Part shown: positions 9,397 through 19,991 of the stretch, piece by piece
Layout: every line of letters starts with the position of its first letter
How positions within the stretch are numbered: position 1 is the first letter of the stretch
From: Terriglobia bacterium
Lineage (GTDB): Bacteria; Acidobacteriota; Terriglobia; 20CM-2-55-15
Length of the DNA stretch: 64,000 nt
NCBI GenBank assembly: GCA_965198225.1
Contig: CBDAOY010000005.1
Location: 352,001-416,000, forward strand
Direction: 5' to 3'
Notes under the pieces: model-generated
What the model saw: only the letters and a program-made list of their open reading frames with translations
Databases searched by the model: none
What the model was told of the DNA's origin: nothing
Program-made: the position numbers and the translations under genes

Positions 9397-10061
9397 CTGT
9401 CTGCCTGCCCTTCATCCGGAGTCTTTGTTTCGCCCTTCTCCTGCTTGCTCCAAATCAGCCACACACCGATTGCGATCAACGCCACGGGCCAGAATTCGAA
9501 GACCTGACGCAGTTGAAAGAACCGGAAGTTGTCCATCAGGAACAACGCGCCTAGAACGACGAGGGCTACGCCACCCCAAAGCTCCTTATTCTCGACGCCG
9601 GAGACCTGTTCGTGAAGGCGATCGATCGGCGTTTCCAACTGTATGCCTTGAGTTTCCAGGCGTCTCTTCTTGGCCGTATAGTACGCTTCGAACGGCATGT
9701 AGATGTAGAACCCGGTGATCAACAGGCCGAACAGGGGCTCAAGCGAACGGGCCGAATCTACGATGCTGATCAAAACTCCGAAAATGATGATGTGAACGGC
9801 GGCTTTGAAGAATTCCCCGTTGTAGATGGCTCCAACTCCCGGGATCAGGCCGAGAGCAAATGCGGCTCCCGGGCTCTCCCCGCCGACACTGGACGGCGGT
9901 GCCGGCGGGCGGGCGGCCGGTCCCCCTCTCATCCTCTCCCCAAGACAGGTCTCGCAGTAGACACTCCCCTGCACATCTCGTTTGCACGAGGGACAGAGGG
10001 CTCGGCCGCATGTAACACAGAAAGCCACACTCTCAGCGTCAGCGTGGTAAGCGCAATTCAT
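9393..10061 (-). CDS. B-box-like zinc finger plus TM/DUF5668 membrane protein
   Basis: CAYH...CVTCGRALCPSC...YCETC; LGLIPGVGAIYNG; FWPVALIAIG. Confidence 0.85.
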   Translation of the reverse strand: MNCAYHADAESVAFCVTCGRALCPSCKRDVQGSVYCETCLGERMRGGPAARPPAPPSSVGGESPGAAFALGLIPGVGAIYNGEFFKAAVHIIIFGVLISIVDSARSLEPLFGLLITGFYIYMPFEAYYTAKKRRLETQGIQLETPIDRLHEQVSGVENKELWGGVALVVLGALFLMDNFRFFQLRQVFEFWPVALIAIGVWLIWSKQEKGETKTPDEGQADR

Positions 10062-10561
10062 CAAGAACTCTCCCTCAACCGCTCGATCTGGGACTGAATC
10101 TGCGTGACCAGCGGAGCGCGGTAATAAAGCCGAACAGCCCCGTCGTATGCATCGTTGACGAGATCACCAGCACTCCGATAGATCGCTGCCGGGCTCCGCA
10201 AGTCGGCCAGGCTGGGAGCTATTCCGACGGTGTTGGAAATCCAACCCAGCACCATCATTGAGGTGAAAACGGCCATCGCGGTTCTGGTATCCAGGACCCA
10301 ACGTCCGAGTGCCCCCAGCGTGTCCCTCCAGGTTTCGCGTTCCTTCCGCGGGGTGTTTGCCAGAATTCTGGTCACGAGCCACTCGGGAGCTTCGAAAACG
10401 GGGAAACTCCGGCCCCAATCGAGGACCTCCTCCATGCTCTCGTGGAGTCGCCGACACCTATCACACGAAGCGAGATGAGCTTCGAAGGAATGGTGCTCGC
10501 CGGGCGGGAGCAGTCGGTCCAGATAGTCGGAAAGCCTGGCTTCGAGAGTCGCGCAATTCAT
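10061..10561 (-). CDS. Zinc-binding (zf-HC2) transmembrane anti-sigma factor
   Basis: C-x-LSDYLD...HLASCDRC ZAS motif, single TM; overlaps the sigma stop codon. Confidence 0.88.
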   Translation of the reverse strand: MNCATLEARLSDYLDRLLPPGEHHSFEAHLASCDRCRRLHESMEEVLDWGRSFPVFEAPEWLVTRILANTPRKERETWRDTLGALGRWVLDTRTAMAVFTSMMVLGWISNTVGIAPSLADLRSPAAIYRSAGDLVNDAYDGAVRLYYRAPLVTQIQSQIERLRESS

Positions 10562-11130
10562 AACTGATCCCTCAATCGCCCCAGGACCAGAGCGAGTTCG
10601 CCGCGGCCTCGATTGATTCGTGACTTGACCGTCCCGATCGGGACATCCAATAAGCCGGACATTTCATCATAAGTAAAACCCTCCAGATCCCTCAGGATCA
10701 CGGCTTCTCTCAAGTCCTGGCTCAGCCGGAGCAATCCCTGGTGGACCAGGTCGGAAAGCTCCCGCTTCCGAAGAGCCTCCCCAGGGCTGTCATAGCGGGC
10801 CGGGTTTTCCTCGACCCGCTCGAACTCGGCATCGATCGCGTCGGTCCTGGAACGCTCGGTCTTGAACTTCCGGTAGTGGTCGATGATATGGTTTCGACCA
10901 ACTCGTATCAACCATGTAACCAGGGCTCCGGATTCCGGCCGGTAGGAGGCCAAAGTGCGGTAGACCTTGAGGAAGATCTCCTGAGCCAGGTCTTCTGCCT
11001 CATCGAACCGTCCCGTGTAGCGGTACGCCAGGTTGTAGATCCGCTGGTGATGCTGCCGTACTATGGACTCCCAGGCGCCATGCTCACCCTCCAGGCATTG
11101 CCTCACCAGTTCGGCTTCCGGTCGGTCCAA
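10558..11130 (-). CDS. ECF RNA polymerase sigma factor
   Basis: EAEDLAQEIFLKVY, WLIRVGRNHIID, VPIGTVKSRINRGR; TTG start. Confidence 0.95.
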   Translation of the reverse strand: MDRPEAELVRQCLEGEHGAWESIVRQHHQRIYNLAYRYTGRFDEAEDLAQEIFLKVYRTLASYRPESGALVTWLIRVGRNHIIDHYRKFKTERSRTDAIDAEFERVEENPARYDSPGEALRKRELSDLVHQGLLRLSQDLREAVILRDLEGFTYDEMSGLLDVPIGTVKSRINRGRGELALVLGRLRDQL

Positions 11131-11170
11131 CTAGGGGCTCCATCCGCTTCGCCGGCACTCACAATGGGTT

Positions 11171-11197
11171 AACGTAGTCACCCGAAGAAATGTTTCA
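11171..11197 (-). promoter_or_regulatory. ECF-type autoregulatory promoter
   Basis: TGAAAC-N17-CGTT on the minus strand, 40 bp upstream of the sigma start; resembles SigW/SigM-type consensus. Confidence 0.65.
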
Positions 11198-11233
11198 GGA
11201 ACGTTAAACCTTTTTGAGATAATTCCTACCGAC

Positions 11234-12196
11234 ATGGGCCGGAAACTATTGGTTTTTTTGACCTTGGCGGCTTTTGCGGTGGCTCTGTACTTGCTGTTCC
11301 GCCGGGACTTCGATTCGCAGCTTTTTCTCGAGAGTGTCACGAACGTTCGACCCATATGGCTGGCCGCTTCGACCGTGCTGACTTTCGTCGGTTACGTCGT
11401 CCGTGCTCTTCGCTGGCAGATCTTGCTCATTTCAATGAAGTTAATCAAAATGACGTCCCTCCTCAGCGCTACAATTCTCGGTTTCAGCGTGATCTACCTG
11501 CTGGGCAGGGCCGGAGAATTCGCCCGACCGGTTTGGATTGCGCGCCGCGAAGGCGTCGCCATGGCCGGGTCTTTCGCGACTATCGCCGTCGAGCGCGTCT
11601 TCGACACCCTGATGCTGATCGTGTTCTTTGCCGCAACCGTCGGCGTCGTTCGGGTGGAAACTGGAGCGATCGCCCTGCTGACGACGTCCGTCTGGCTGCT
11701 TCTGGCTCTGTCCTCAGTCGCGCTTCTCGTGTTCATCCTGTTCCGCGCGCACGTCTCGTCAATCGCGAAGCGCCTCCCGTTCGAGCGGCTGGCGGCCACG
11801 CTCGAACGGTTTGCGGACGGCCTGGCCATCACGGGCAGCTGGCGAAACCTGGGACTTGCAACAGTATACTCGCTGCTGCTGTGGCTGGGGATTGCGCTAC
11901 AATTCTGGCTGATGCTGTTCGGGCTGAACCTGGAGTTCACCTTCCGGGCGGCGACGCTGGTACTGGTCGCCTCCGCAATCGGATCGATCGCACAGGTACC
12001 GGGGATCGGTGGAGGCTTCCAGGTCGGATTCATTTTCTGCCTGACAACATTTTTCCTGGTGCCACTGGAAACCGCGGTTGGGGCCTCATTGGTGGCCTGG
12101 TTCTTTACCTACGTTCCGACTATTGTCGTCGCAGCAATCTACATGACGTGGAAAGGCGTATCGGCGCGGGACCTGATCACACCAGAGCCGGCCTGA
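11234..12196 (+). CDS. Lysylphosphatidylglycerol synthase TM (UPF0104, flippase-like) domain protein
   Basis: RALRWQILL, GRAGEFARP, ERVFD, PGIGGGFQ; ~8 TM. Confidence 0.88.
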   Translation: MGRKLLVFLTLAAFAVALYLLFRRDFDSQLFLESVTNVRPIWLAASTVLTFVGYVVRALRWQILLISMKLIKMTSLLSATILGFSVIYLLGRAGEFARPVWIARREGVAMAGSFATIAVERVFDTLMLIVFFAATVGVVRVETGAIALLTTSVWLLLALSSVALLVFILFRAHVSSIAKRLPFERLAATLERFADGLAITGSWRNLGLATVYSLLLWLGIALQFWLMLFGLNLEFTFRAATLVLVASAIGSIAQVPGIGGGFQVGFIFCLTTFFLVPLETAVGASLVAWFFTYVPTIVVAAIYMTWKGVSARDLITPEPA

Positions 12197-12210
12197 CAGT
12201 TCCATAAGCT

Positions 12211-12669
12211 ATGAAATGCCCTTTTTGCGGCCACTTGAGAGACAAAGTGGTCGATTCACGCGAAAGTAAGGAAGGCGATGCGATCCGGCGGCGCCGGCAG
12301 TGTCTGGAATGCAGCCGTCGCTTCACCAGCTACGAAAGAATCGACGAGATCCCCTACATGGTCATCAAGAAGGACGGGCGCCGCGAACGCTTCGAACGCC
12401 AGAAGGTGTTATCGGGCATACTGAAAGCGTGTGAGCGCCGGCCGGTCTCGATGGTTCAGCTCGAGGCTATCGCGGACAAAGTCGAGCTCCTTGCCCAGGA
12501 ATCACCCGTCCGCGAGGTTTCTACCGGGACGGTCGGAGAGACGATCATGACGGACCTGAAGGATCTCGACAAGGTGGCCTACGTCCGGTTCGCGTCCGTA
12601 TACCTCGACTTCAAGGACGTTCAGGAATTCATGGCGGAGTTGAAAGACCTCCTCAAGAGCCGGGACTAG
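12211..12669 (+). CDS. nrdR: Transcriptional repressor NrdR
   Basis: [32 protein letters not shown]. Confidence 0.98.
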   Translation: MKCPFCGHLRDKVVDSRESKEGDAIRRRRQCLECSRRFTSYERIDEIPYMVIKKDGRRERFERQKVLSGILKACERRPVSMVQLEAIADKVELLAQESPVREVSTGTVGETIMTDLKDLDKVAYVRFASVYLDFKDVQEFMAELKDLLKSRD

Positions 12670-12677
12670 GCACAGGC

Positions 12678-13049
12678 ATGGTCTACTTCCAGTTCGAGCC
12701 CGAAGAGCGTTTTCAATCCACCTGGTCTCCGATCGTCGACGTCTTCGAGCGGCCGGCCGCAATCATAGTTCGGGTGGAGCTGCCCGGAGTGGAAAAGAAC
12801 GACATCAAGCTGAGCTGGCGTGACGGAGTTCTTACGATCGCCGGCACCAAGCGGCGCCCGACCGCCGAACAGGGGAGTTGCCGATACCTGTGCATGGAGC
12901 GGAACTACGGCCACTTCCGGCGAGACATCGCGATCGGCAGCGAAGTTGATTATTCGAAATCCTCGGCGGAATTACGGGACGGGCTCTTGAATATTCAGCT
13001 CCCCAAACTGATGGAGCGGGACGGGGAGACGGTTATTCCGATCGAGTGA
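12678..13049 (+). CDS. Hsp20/alpha-crystallin small heat-shock protein
   Basis: VELPGV, ERNYGHFRR, AELRDGLLNIQLPK. Confidence 0.92.
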   Translation: MVYFQFEPEERFQSTWSPIVDVFERPAAIIVRVELPGVEKNDIKLSWRDGVLTIAGTKRRPTAEQGSCRYLCMERNYGHFRRDIAIGSEVDYSKSSAELRDGLLNIQLPKLMERDGETVIPIE

Positions 13050-13053
13050 ACGG

Positions 13054-13120
13054 TGTAGGTGCGGTCTATGACCGCACGTTGTGCTGTTTGTAAGATGTGC
13101 GCTCATAGAGCGCCCCTACA
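13054..13120. repeat. GTAG-type REP doublet (REPIN), copy 1
   Basis: TGTAGGTGCGGTCTATGACCGCAC-spacer-GTGCGCTCATAGAGCGCCCCTACA. Confidence 0.92.
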
Positions 13121-13140
13121 GTTGCCACTTCTTGAAGACA

Positions 13141-15657
13141 ATGGAAATTATCAGCAACGAACCAGAAGAGACGCAGGAAGACCAACAGGTTTCCATACCC
13201 GAGACGCTGCCGGTTTTACCGCTGCCGGACGTTGTTGTCTTCCCATACATGATCGTCCCGCTCTTCGTGAACCGGGAGCAGTCCATCCAGGCTGTCGATC
13301 AATCGCTCGCCGAGAACCGGATGGTGCTGGTGGTGTCTCAAAAGACACCGGACGTCGAGGAGCCCACCGCGGACGACCTCTACCCATTCGGAACCGTATC
13401 GCTGATCATGCGCATGCTGAAGCTTCCCGACGGTCGAGTGCGGATCCTCGTCCAGGGCTTCGCGCGGGCGAGTGTCGAGTACCTGTCCGGCCCGGAACCC
13501 TTCCTCCAGGCCAAAGTGTTCCCGGAGGCCGAATTCACGCCTAGACAGGAGTCCCTGGAACTGGAAGCGTTGATACGGAGCGTCAAGTCGGCGCTGGAGC
13601 GGGCGATTTCTCTGGGCAAGAACATCTCCCAGGACATCGTCATCATCGCTGCAAACCTCGAAGACCCCGGTCGATTGGCCGACCTGATCGCCTCGAACAT
13701 GGAGCTGCGCATCGAAGAGGCCCAGAATGTCCTGGAAATCACCGATCCGGTTGATCGACTCCGGCAGATCAACACAATGCTGGCAAAGGAGCTGGAAGTC
13801 CTCCAGATTCAGCACGACATCACGACACAGGCAAAGGGCGAGATCGACCGGACTCAGCGGGAGTACTACCTCCGCCAACAGATGAAGGCGATACAGCAGG
13901 AACTGGGTGAAGGCAACGAACTGCTCGAGGAGATCGAACAGTACCGGGAAAAAGTTCGCGAGGCGAAGATGCCCGAAGAGGCAGCCGAAGAAACCGAGCG
14001 CCAGATCGGAAGGTTGGAGCGGATGCACCCCGATTCGGCCGAGACTGCCACCTTGCGCAATTACCTGGACTGGATGGTCGGCCTACCCTGGTCCACCTCA
14101 ACCCCAGACAACCTCGACCTGAAGAAGGCACAGAAGATACTCGACGAGGACCACTATGGCCTCGAGAAGATCAAAGAGAGGATCGTCGAGCACCTCGCCG
14201 TACGCAAACTGAAAAAGAAAACCAAGGGGCCCATCCTCTGCTTTGTGGGCCCCCCCGGGGTCGGCAAGACGTCGCTGGGCCGGTCGATCGCCCGGGCGCT
14301 GGGCCGCAAGTTCGTCCGGCTCAGTCTCGGCGGCGTCCACGACGAAGCTGAGATTCGGGGACACCGGCGCACTTACGTGGGAGCGATGCCGGGTCGGGTC
14401 GTCCAGAGCATCCATCAAGCGGGCACGAAAAACCCGGTGTTCATCATGGACGAAGTCGACAAGATCGGGGCTGATTTCCGGGGAGATCCGTCCTCCGCCC
14501 TGCTCGAAGTACTGGACCCGGAACAGAATTCTTCTTTCCGCGACAACTACCTCGGCGTCCCATTCGATCTGTCGGACGTGATGTTCATCACGACCGCAAA
14601 CACGCTCGACCCGATCCAGCCGGCATTCCGGGACCGAATGGAAACCATACGTTTGAGTGGTTACACAGAAGAAGAAAAGATCGAAATCGCCGAACGGCAT
14701 CTGATCCCGAAACAACTGGACGAGCACGGGCTGACGAAAAAACATCTCGAGTTCAGTGAGTCGGCCCTGCGGGCCGTGATCAGCGGGTATACGCAGGAAG
14801 CCGGTCTGAGAAACCTGGAACGAGAGATCGCGAGCGTCTGCAGAAAGGTTGCGCGCCAGGTCGCGATGGGCCAAACACGCTCACGCAGGCTGAATCCGAA
14901 GCAGGTCGACAAGTATCTTGGACGCCCGAAGGTTTTCCAGGACGAGCTCTTGAAGAACGACGAGATAGGCGTCGCGACCGGCCTGGCGTGGACCGCAACG
15001 GGCGGGGACATTCTCTTTGTGGAAGCCACGGCCATGAAGGGCAAGGGTGGGCTGGCTCTGACGGGACAACTCGGCGACGTAATGAAAGAGTCCGCCCACG
15101 CGGCGATGAGCTACGCGCGCTCCCATGCGACAGACTTCGGAATCGACGAGGACTTCTTCGCCGGCAACGACATCCACGTCCATGTACCCGAGGGGGCAAT
15201 TCCGAAGGACGGACCGTCGGCCGGTGTGACGATGGCAACGGCGATGATCTCGATGCTCGTCGGGAAGCCGGTTCACCGGAACATCGCGATGACCGGAGAG
15301 ATCACTTTGCGCGGAGAGGTTCTTCCGGTCGGAGGCATCAAGGAGAAAGTTCTCGCCGCAAGGCGAGCCAAGATCCGTTCGGTCATCCTCCCCGCACTGA
15401 ACGAGCGTGACCTTGAAGACGTCAACGAAGAACTGCGGCGGGAAATGCGGTTCGTCTTTGTCGGCCGTATCCACGAAGTGTTCGCCGAGGCCATCATCAC
15501 CGAGCCTAAGCCCCTCCCCAAGCGGAGCACTACGCGCAGGAAAACCGCAAAGAAACAGCCGACAAAGAAGACGACGAAGAAGAAAGCCGCAAAGCGGTCG
15601 ACGACGGCGTCAAAGAAATCTGCCACGAAGCGGGCAACGAAAAAGAGACGCCGCTAG
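13141..15657 (+). CDS. lon: ATP-dependent Lon protease with Lys/Arg-rich C-terminal tail
   Basis: GPPGVGKTS Walker [15 protein letters not shown] catalytic Ser; start MEIISNE. Confidence 0.98.
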   Translation: MEIISNEPEETQEDQQVSIPETLPVLPLPDVVVFPYMIVPLFVNREQSIQAVDQSLAENRMVLVVSQKTPDVEEPTADDLYPFGTVSLIMRMLKLPDGRVRILVQGFARASVEYLSGPEPFLQAKVFPEAEFTPRQESLELEALIRSVKSALERAISLGKNISQDIVIIAANLEDPGRLADLIASNMELRIEEAQNVLEITDPVDRLRQINTMLAKELEVLQIQHDITTQAKGEIDRTQREYYLRQQMKAIQQELGEGNELLEEIEQYREKVREAKMPEEAAEETERQIGRLERMHPDSAETATLRNYLDWMVGLPWSTSTPDNLDLKKAQKILDEDHYGLEKIKERIVEHLAVRKLKKKTKGPILCFVGPPGVGKTSLGRSIARALGRKFVRLSLGGVHDEAEIRGHRRTYVGAMPGRVVQSIHQAGTKNPVFIMDEVDKIGADFRGDPSSALLEVLDPEQNSSFRDNYLGVPFDLSDVMFITTANTLDPIQPAFRDRMETIRLSGYTEEEKIEIAERHLIPKQLDEHGLTKKHLEFSESALRAVISGYTQEAGLRNLEREIASVCRKVARQVAMGQTRSRRLNPKQVDKYLGRPKVFQDELLKNDEIGVATGLAWTATGGDILFVEATAMKGKGGLALTGQLGDVMKESAHAAMSYARSHATDFGIDEDFFAGNDIHVHVPEGAIPKDGPSAGVTMATAMISMLVGKPVHRNIAMTGEITLRGEVLPVGGIKEKVLAARRAKIRSVILPALNERDLEDVNEELRREMRFVFVGRIHEVFAEAIITEPKPLPKRSTTRRKTAKKQPTKKTTKKKAAKRSTTASKKSATKRATKKRRR

Positions 15658-15678
15658 TGGCCTGTAACAGGTCACTAG
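15654..15678. mobile_element. 25-bp empty/fused-end form of the 31685-31959 element
   Basis: CTAGTGGCC-TGTAACA-GGTCACTAG; supplies the lon stop codon; reverse copy at 41379-41403. Confidence 0.7.
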
Positions 15679-15744
15679 GATGACGGCTCAGGGGACTGCG
15701 TGACGTGGTCCTCGGCACTCTTTACTGACTACTGGGTCCCCCCC

Positions 15745-16683
15745 ATGTACCCCGAAGACGAGTTGATCGACATGATCCGGAAAAGGTTCGCCGACACGTC
15801 GGCGCGAGTCGGGATCGGCGACGCGTCAGTGCGTGTCGGGATCGGCGATGATGCGGCCGTCATCGATCTCTCGTCGGGCTTCTCTACCCTGGTCTGCTCG
15901 GACCTGCTTGCCGAGAACACCCATTTCCGACGCGAAACCCATCCTCCGGACTCCGTGGGATTCAAGGCCGTGGCGGTCAATGTCAGCGACATCGGGGCGA
16001 TGGGAGGAATCCCGGATTTTTGTCTGTTGTCTGTGGCCCTGCCCCGGGATCTGGAACGATCATGGATCGACGCTTTCCTGGATGGTGTAGCAGCGGCGTG
16101 CCGTGAATTCGAGATAAGCCTTGTCGGGGGCGATTCTTCGGCTGCAGATCGAGTGTTCGTCGACGTGTCGGTCATCGGACAGGTTCGGCGAGGCAGCGCG
16201 GTACTTCGATCGGGCGCCCGTTCGGGGAACAACGTTTACATCACGGGCAGTCTTGGAGGGTCCGCAATGGGCCTCGAGTTGCTCGAGGAAGGTCGGAGGG
16301 ACCATCCAGCGGTCCGCCGTAGTCTTTACCCGGAACCCCGACACCGGATCGGCTCAAGAGTCGCGGACCGGGCGACCGCGATGATCGACATCAGCGACGG
16401 GCTTTCCGCCGACCTCACACACATTCTGGAAGCTTCATCTGTCTCCGCGCGGATCACCAGCGAGTCGATTCCACTCCACCCCGGTGCGGATGTTTCACGA
16501 GCCCTGCACAGCGGTGAGGAATACGAACTGATCGTGACGGCTGAAGATCTGCCGAGGGAGATCGACGGCGTACCGATAACATGCATCGGTCAAATCGTGC
16601 CTTCGGGCGAGAAGCCGCAGATTCTGCTGATCGAAGGGCTGAGGGAACAGGTGCTGGATCCGAAGGGGTGGAAACACTTCTGA
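15745..16683 (+). CDS. thiL: Thiamine-monophosphate kinase
   Basis: GIGDDAAV, KAVAVNVSDIGAMGG, LVGGD, AMIDISDGL, SGEEYEL. Confidence 0.95.
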   Translation: MYPEDELIDMIRKRFADTSARVGIGDASVRVGIGDDAAVIDLSSGFSTLVCSDLLAENTHFRRETHPPDSVGFKAVAVNVSDIGAMGGIPDFCLLSVALPRDLERSWIDAFLDGVAAACREFEISLVGGDSSAADRVFVDVSVIGQVRRGSAVLRSGARSGNNVYITGSLGGSAMGLELLEEGRRDHPAVRRSLYPEPRHRIGSRVADRATAMIDISDGLSADLTHILEASSVSARITSESIPLHPGADVSRALHSGEEYELIVTAEDLPREIDGVPITCIGQIVPSGEKPQILLIEGLREQVLDPKGWKHF

Positions 16684-16735
16684 TGTGCCAGTTCTGGCTC
16701 CTTCGGACTCTTGGACTCTATGCTATCCTCAGACC

Positions 16736-17278
16736 ATGTCGAACCCGGACCTCCTGAACCAGGCGGACAAGATCCTCCGACCGGTATTACGCAAACTGAC
16801 AAACGTACCCTGGATGAAGGTGACGGCCTGCTGTGCGGGGCACGAACCGGAAGACAGCGTGTGGATCGAGGTGCATGTACGGGGATCTTCCGGTTTGAGT
16901 AGATTGATGGAGCTGCTCAGGGTGCTGGAGGGAAAGCTGGCCGGTACTGACTGCCGGGCGGACTGCCTCGTAAACTACGGAACAGATGCGGAGGCGGTTC
17001 GCATTCAGCACGGATGGTTCCCGATCGTCGTCGAGGTCTTCTGGGGGTCGAAGGACGACTGGAGGCGCGGGCAGGCGCTGATTGTCGAAGCGCTGCTGTC
17101 TTCGGTCGAAGAATTCGGGGACCGTATCGACGACGCGACACAGCCTGAAGGCGCGATCGTCTATTGCCCGTACTGCTCCTCCTCGTTCATCAAGCTGGAG
17201 GGGTTCGAACCCTCAGGGCATCGGTACCTCTGCGGCGATTGTGAAACTCCGTGGACGATGATCGATCCTTCCATGTAG
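16736..17278 (+). CDS. Hypothetical protein with TACCAGH motif and C-terminal zinc ribbon
   Basis: Fills the gap with typical codon usage; CPYC...CGDC. Confidence 0.7.
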   Translation: MSNPDLLNQADKILRPVLRKLTNVPWMKVTACCAGHEPEDSVWIEVHVRGSSGLSRLMELLRVLEGKLAGTDCRADCLVNYGTDAEAVRIQHGWFPIVVEVFWGSKDDWRRGQALIVEALLSSVEEFGDRIDDATQPEGAIVYCPYCSSSFIKLEGFEPSGHRYLCGDCETPWTMIDPSM

Positions 17279-17457
17279 TTCGACACCACGCCCCCAACCT
17301 CCATTCCGGTATATATCCGAAGCGTCCTTGCGCGGGGCGCCTGCGTCGTGGAGCGTTCCACCCACGCCCCCTGACGGATAGACGCCGACGGTCGTGCGCG
17401 TTCCAACTCGAAACCGGTTCATGGTATAAAGCTCGGTTACGTTTTCACGGAGGAAGC

Positions 17458-18600
17458 ATGGAGTTCAGCCAGTCGGACGAGCTGCAAGAGATTCGGCGCA
17501 CTGTCCGGGAGTTCGCCGAAAATGAAATTCGTCCACAGATGATGGAGTGGGATGAGAAACAGATCTTCCCCCGGGAAGTCATCGACAAGCTCGGAGAACT
17601 CGGGTTTATGGGGGTCCTCATCCCGGCCGAATACGGCGGGGCCGGGCTCGGATACCAGGAATACATCACACTCGTTGAGGAACTGTCGCGGGTTGACGGT
17701 TCCGTCGGGATCTGCATTGCTGCCCACAACTCGCTGTGTACCGGACACATCTTCCTCGCGGGAACGGAAGAACAACGTCGCAAATTCGTCACACCGCTCG
17801 CGAAGGGTGAGAAGCTGGGGGCCTGGAGCTTGACCGAGCCTGAAGCCGGCAGCGACGCCGCTGGCACACAGACCGTCGCGACGAAGGATGGTGATTCCTG
17901 GGTCCTCAAGGGTCAGAAAACATTCACGACCAACGGTACCTACGGCGACGTCTGTATCGCCATGGCAGTGACAGATCCGACGAAGGGGCACGACGGGATT
18001 TCCGCCTTCATCATCGAGAAGGGGACGCCCGGCTTTCATCCCGGCCATAAGGAAAACAAGCTCGGTCTCCGAGCCAGCGATACCTCGACCGTCATCTTCG
18101 AAGACTGCCGGATACCGGCCGAGAACCTCCTGGGTGAGGAAGGGGGCGGTTTCCGTGATTCCATGAGAGTGCTCGACGGCGGGCGGATCTCGATAGCGGC
18201 GTTGGCTGTCGGCATGGCTCAGGGGGCCTATGAAGCAGCGCTCAGCTACTCCAAAGAACGCAAGCAGTTCGGCAAGTCCATTTCTGAATTCCAGGCCATC
18301 CAGTTCAAACTTGCGGACATGGCGACGGAAATCGACGCCGCACGTCTCCTGATGTTCCGGGCAGCATGGATGAAAGACAAAGGCATGATGACGACCTTGG
18401 AGTCGTCGATGGCCAAGCTCTACGCGGGCGAAGTGGGGGTCCGCGTCGCCAACGAGAGTGTCCAGATCCACGGCGGCTACGGCTTCATCAAGGACTATCC
18501 TGCTGAGAAGTTCTACAGGGACGTCAAGCTCTGCACGATCGGTGAAGGCACGAGCGAAATCCAACGCATGGTGATCGCCAGACAGATCCTGCGGGATTAG
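17458..18600 (+). CDS. Acyl-CoA dehydrogenase
   Basis: [37 protein letters not shown]; GGAGG RBS. Confidence 0.96.
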   Translation: MEFSQSDELQEIRRTVREFAENEIRPQMMEWDEKQIFPREVIDKLGELGFMGVLIPAEYGGAGLGYQEYITLVEELSRVDGSVGICIAAHNSLCTGHIFLAGTEEQRRKFVTPLAKGEKLGAWSLTEPEAGSDAAGTQTVATKDGDSWVLKGQKTFTTNGTYGDVCIAMAVTDPTKGHDGISAFIIEKGTPGFHPGHKENKLGLRASDTSTVIFEDCRIPAENLLGEEGGGFRDSMRVLDGGRISIAALAVGMAQGAYEAALSYSKERKQFGKSISEFQAIQFKLADMATEIDAARLLMFRAAWMKDKGMMTTLESSMAKLYAGEVGVRVANESVQIHGGYGFIKDYPAEKFYRDVKLCTIGEGTSEIQRMVIARQILRD

Positions 18601-18630
18601 CGCCTCGCTCCCACCAACTTCAGCGACCCT

Positions 18631-19596
18631 ATGAATGACCTCTTAGAGCGTTTCTCGAAAGGTGATGTACGAGCGCTGGCAAGGGTCATTACAACAGTCG
18701 AGAACCGCGCTGACGGCAGCCTCGCGCTGTTGCGGAAAATTTTTCCGCAGAGCGGCAGGGCCCGGATCCTCGGCGTAACAGGCAGCCCGGGTTCGGGCAA
18801 GAGCACTCTGGTCGACAAGCTGGCCCTTTCTTACCGTCAGGCGGGCGATCCGGTCGGGATCGTCGCGGTCGATCCAAGCAGCCCGTACACAGGCGGCGCT
18901 ATTCTCGGCGACAGGATCCGGATGCACGCGCTGGAGACAGATCCCGGGGTGTACATCCGCAGCATGGCCACGCGGGGTAACCTGGGCGGATTGGCCGCGG
19001 CGACAACCGATGTTGTGACAGTCCTGGATGCTGCCGGCAAGAATCCCGTGATTGTTGAAACCGTGGGGGTCGGTCAGGACGAAGTCGACATCGTGAGACT
19101 GGCTGATGTGTCGATCGTCGTGCTCGTCCCGGGTATGGGCGACGACATCCAGGCATTGAAGGCGGGAATCATGGAGATCGGCGATATTTTCGTCATCAAC
19201 AAGTGCGACCGGCCGGGCGTAGAGAAGATGGAGCGGGCGATTCAGGCGATGCTGTCGCTGGCGCCACACACGAGGGATTGGGAGCCGCCCATTGTGCGAG
19301 TAACGGCAACGGATGGCGACGGGATCGAGGAGTTGTCGCGCACGATCGCGGATTGCCACCGCGTCTTCGGGAGCCAGCCGATCGAGGCGGAACGTCGACG
19401 CCAGGCCACACGGGACCGGCTGGTCAAGTTGATGCAAGAGAGACTCGTCGGCAGGGTGATGGAGAGGGCGTTCCCCGGGGGTGAGCTCGAGCGAGTCGTC
19501 GATGCCATTTCCAGGCGCGAGATCGATCCATACTCGGTTGTCGAAGAATTGATCGAACGTCTGAGCTTTGAAGGTCTCGAGGGGTCCCAGTCATGA
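18631..19596 (+). CDS. meaB: Methylmalonyl-CoA mutase-associated GTPase MeaB
   Basis: GSPGSGKST, AVDPSSPYTGGAILGDRIRM, VETVGVGQ, NKCD. Confidence 0.95.
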   Translation: MNDLLERFSKGDVRALARVITTVENRADGSLALLRKIFPQSGRARILGVTGSPGSGKSTLVDKLALSYRQAGDPVGIVAVDPSSPYTGGAILGDRIRMHALETDPGVYIRSMATRGNLGGLAAATTDVVTVLDAAGKNPVIVETVGVGQDEVDIVRLADVSIVVLVPGMGDDIQALKAGIMEIGDIFVINKCDRPGVEKMERAIQAMLSLAPHTRDWEPPIVRVTATDGDGIEELSRTIADCHRVFGSQPIEAERRRQATRDRLVKLMQERLVGRVMERAFPGGELERVVDAISRREIDPYSVVEELIERLSFEGLEGSQS

Positions 19597-19991
19597 TCAT
19601 CGAACACATCGGAATCGCGGTCAGGTCGCTCGAAGAGGCGACGAAAACATACGAAGAGTGTCTCGGCTTGGAGCTCGAGGGAGTCGACCACGTGGAAGAC
19701 CAGGGTGTGCGGGTCGCCATGCTTCCGATCGGGGAAAGCCGCATCGAGCTGTTGGAGCCGGTCACAGCGGAGTCGCCGATCGAGAAGTTCCTGGCCAAGC
19801 GCGGCCCCGGAATCCATCACATCGCGGTACGGGTCGACGACATCGAGGAATCTCTCGAAAGGATGAAGGCGGCGGGTGCCCGGTTGATCGATGAATCGCC
19901 GCGCGCCGGCGCCCACAACACGCGGATCGCGTTCGTCCATCCATCGTCCACTCACGGAGTTCTGTTGGAGCTAGTCGAACATGGCAAATGA
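19593..19991 (+). CDS. mce: Methylmalonyl-CoA epimerase
   Basis: [25 protein letters not shown]...GVLLELVE; follows meaB. Confidence 0.92.
   Translation: MIIEHIGIAVRSLEEATKTYEECLGLELEGVDHVEDQGVRVAMLPIGESRIELLEPVTAESPIEKFLAKRGPGIHHIAVRVDDIEESLERMKAAGARLIDESPRAGAHNTRIAFVHPSSTHGVLLELVEHGK

Noticed and set aside
17437-18564. Long antisense ORFs (also 38306-39796, 48185-49843, 52294-53592 and others)
   Set aside because: Shadow frames of well-supported genes in GC-rich DNA.
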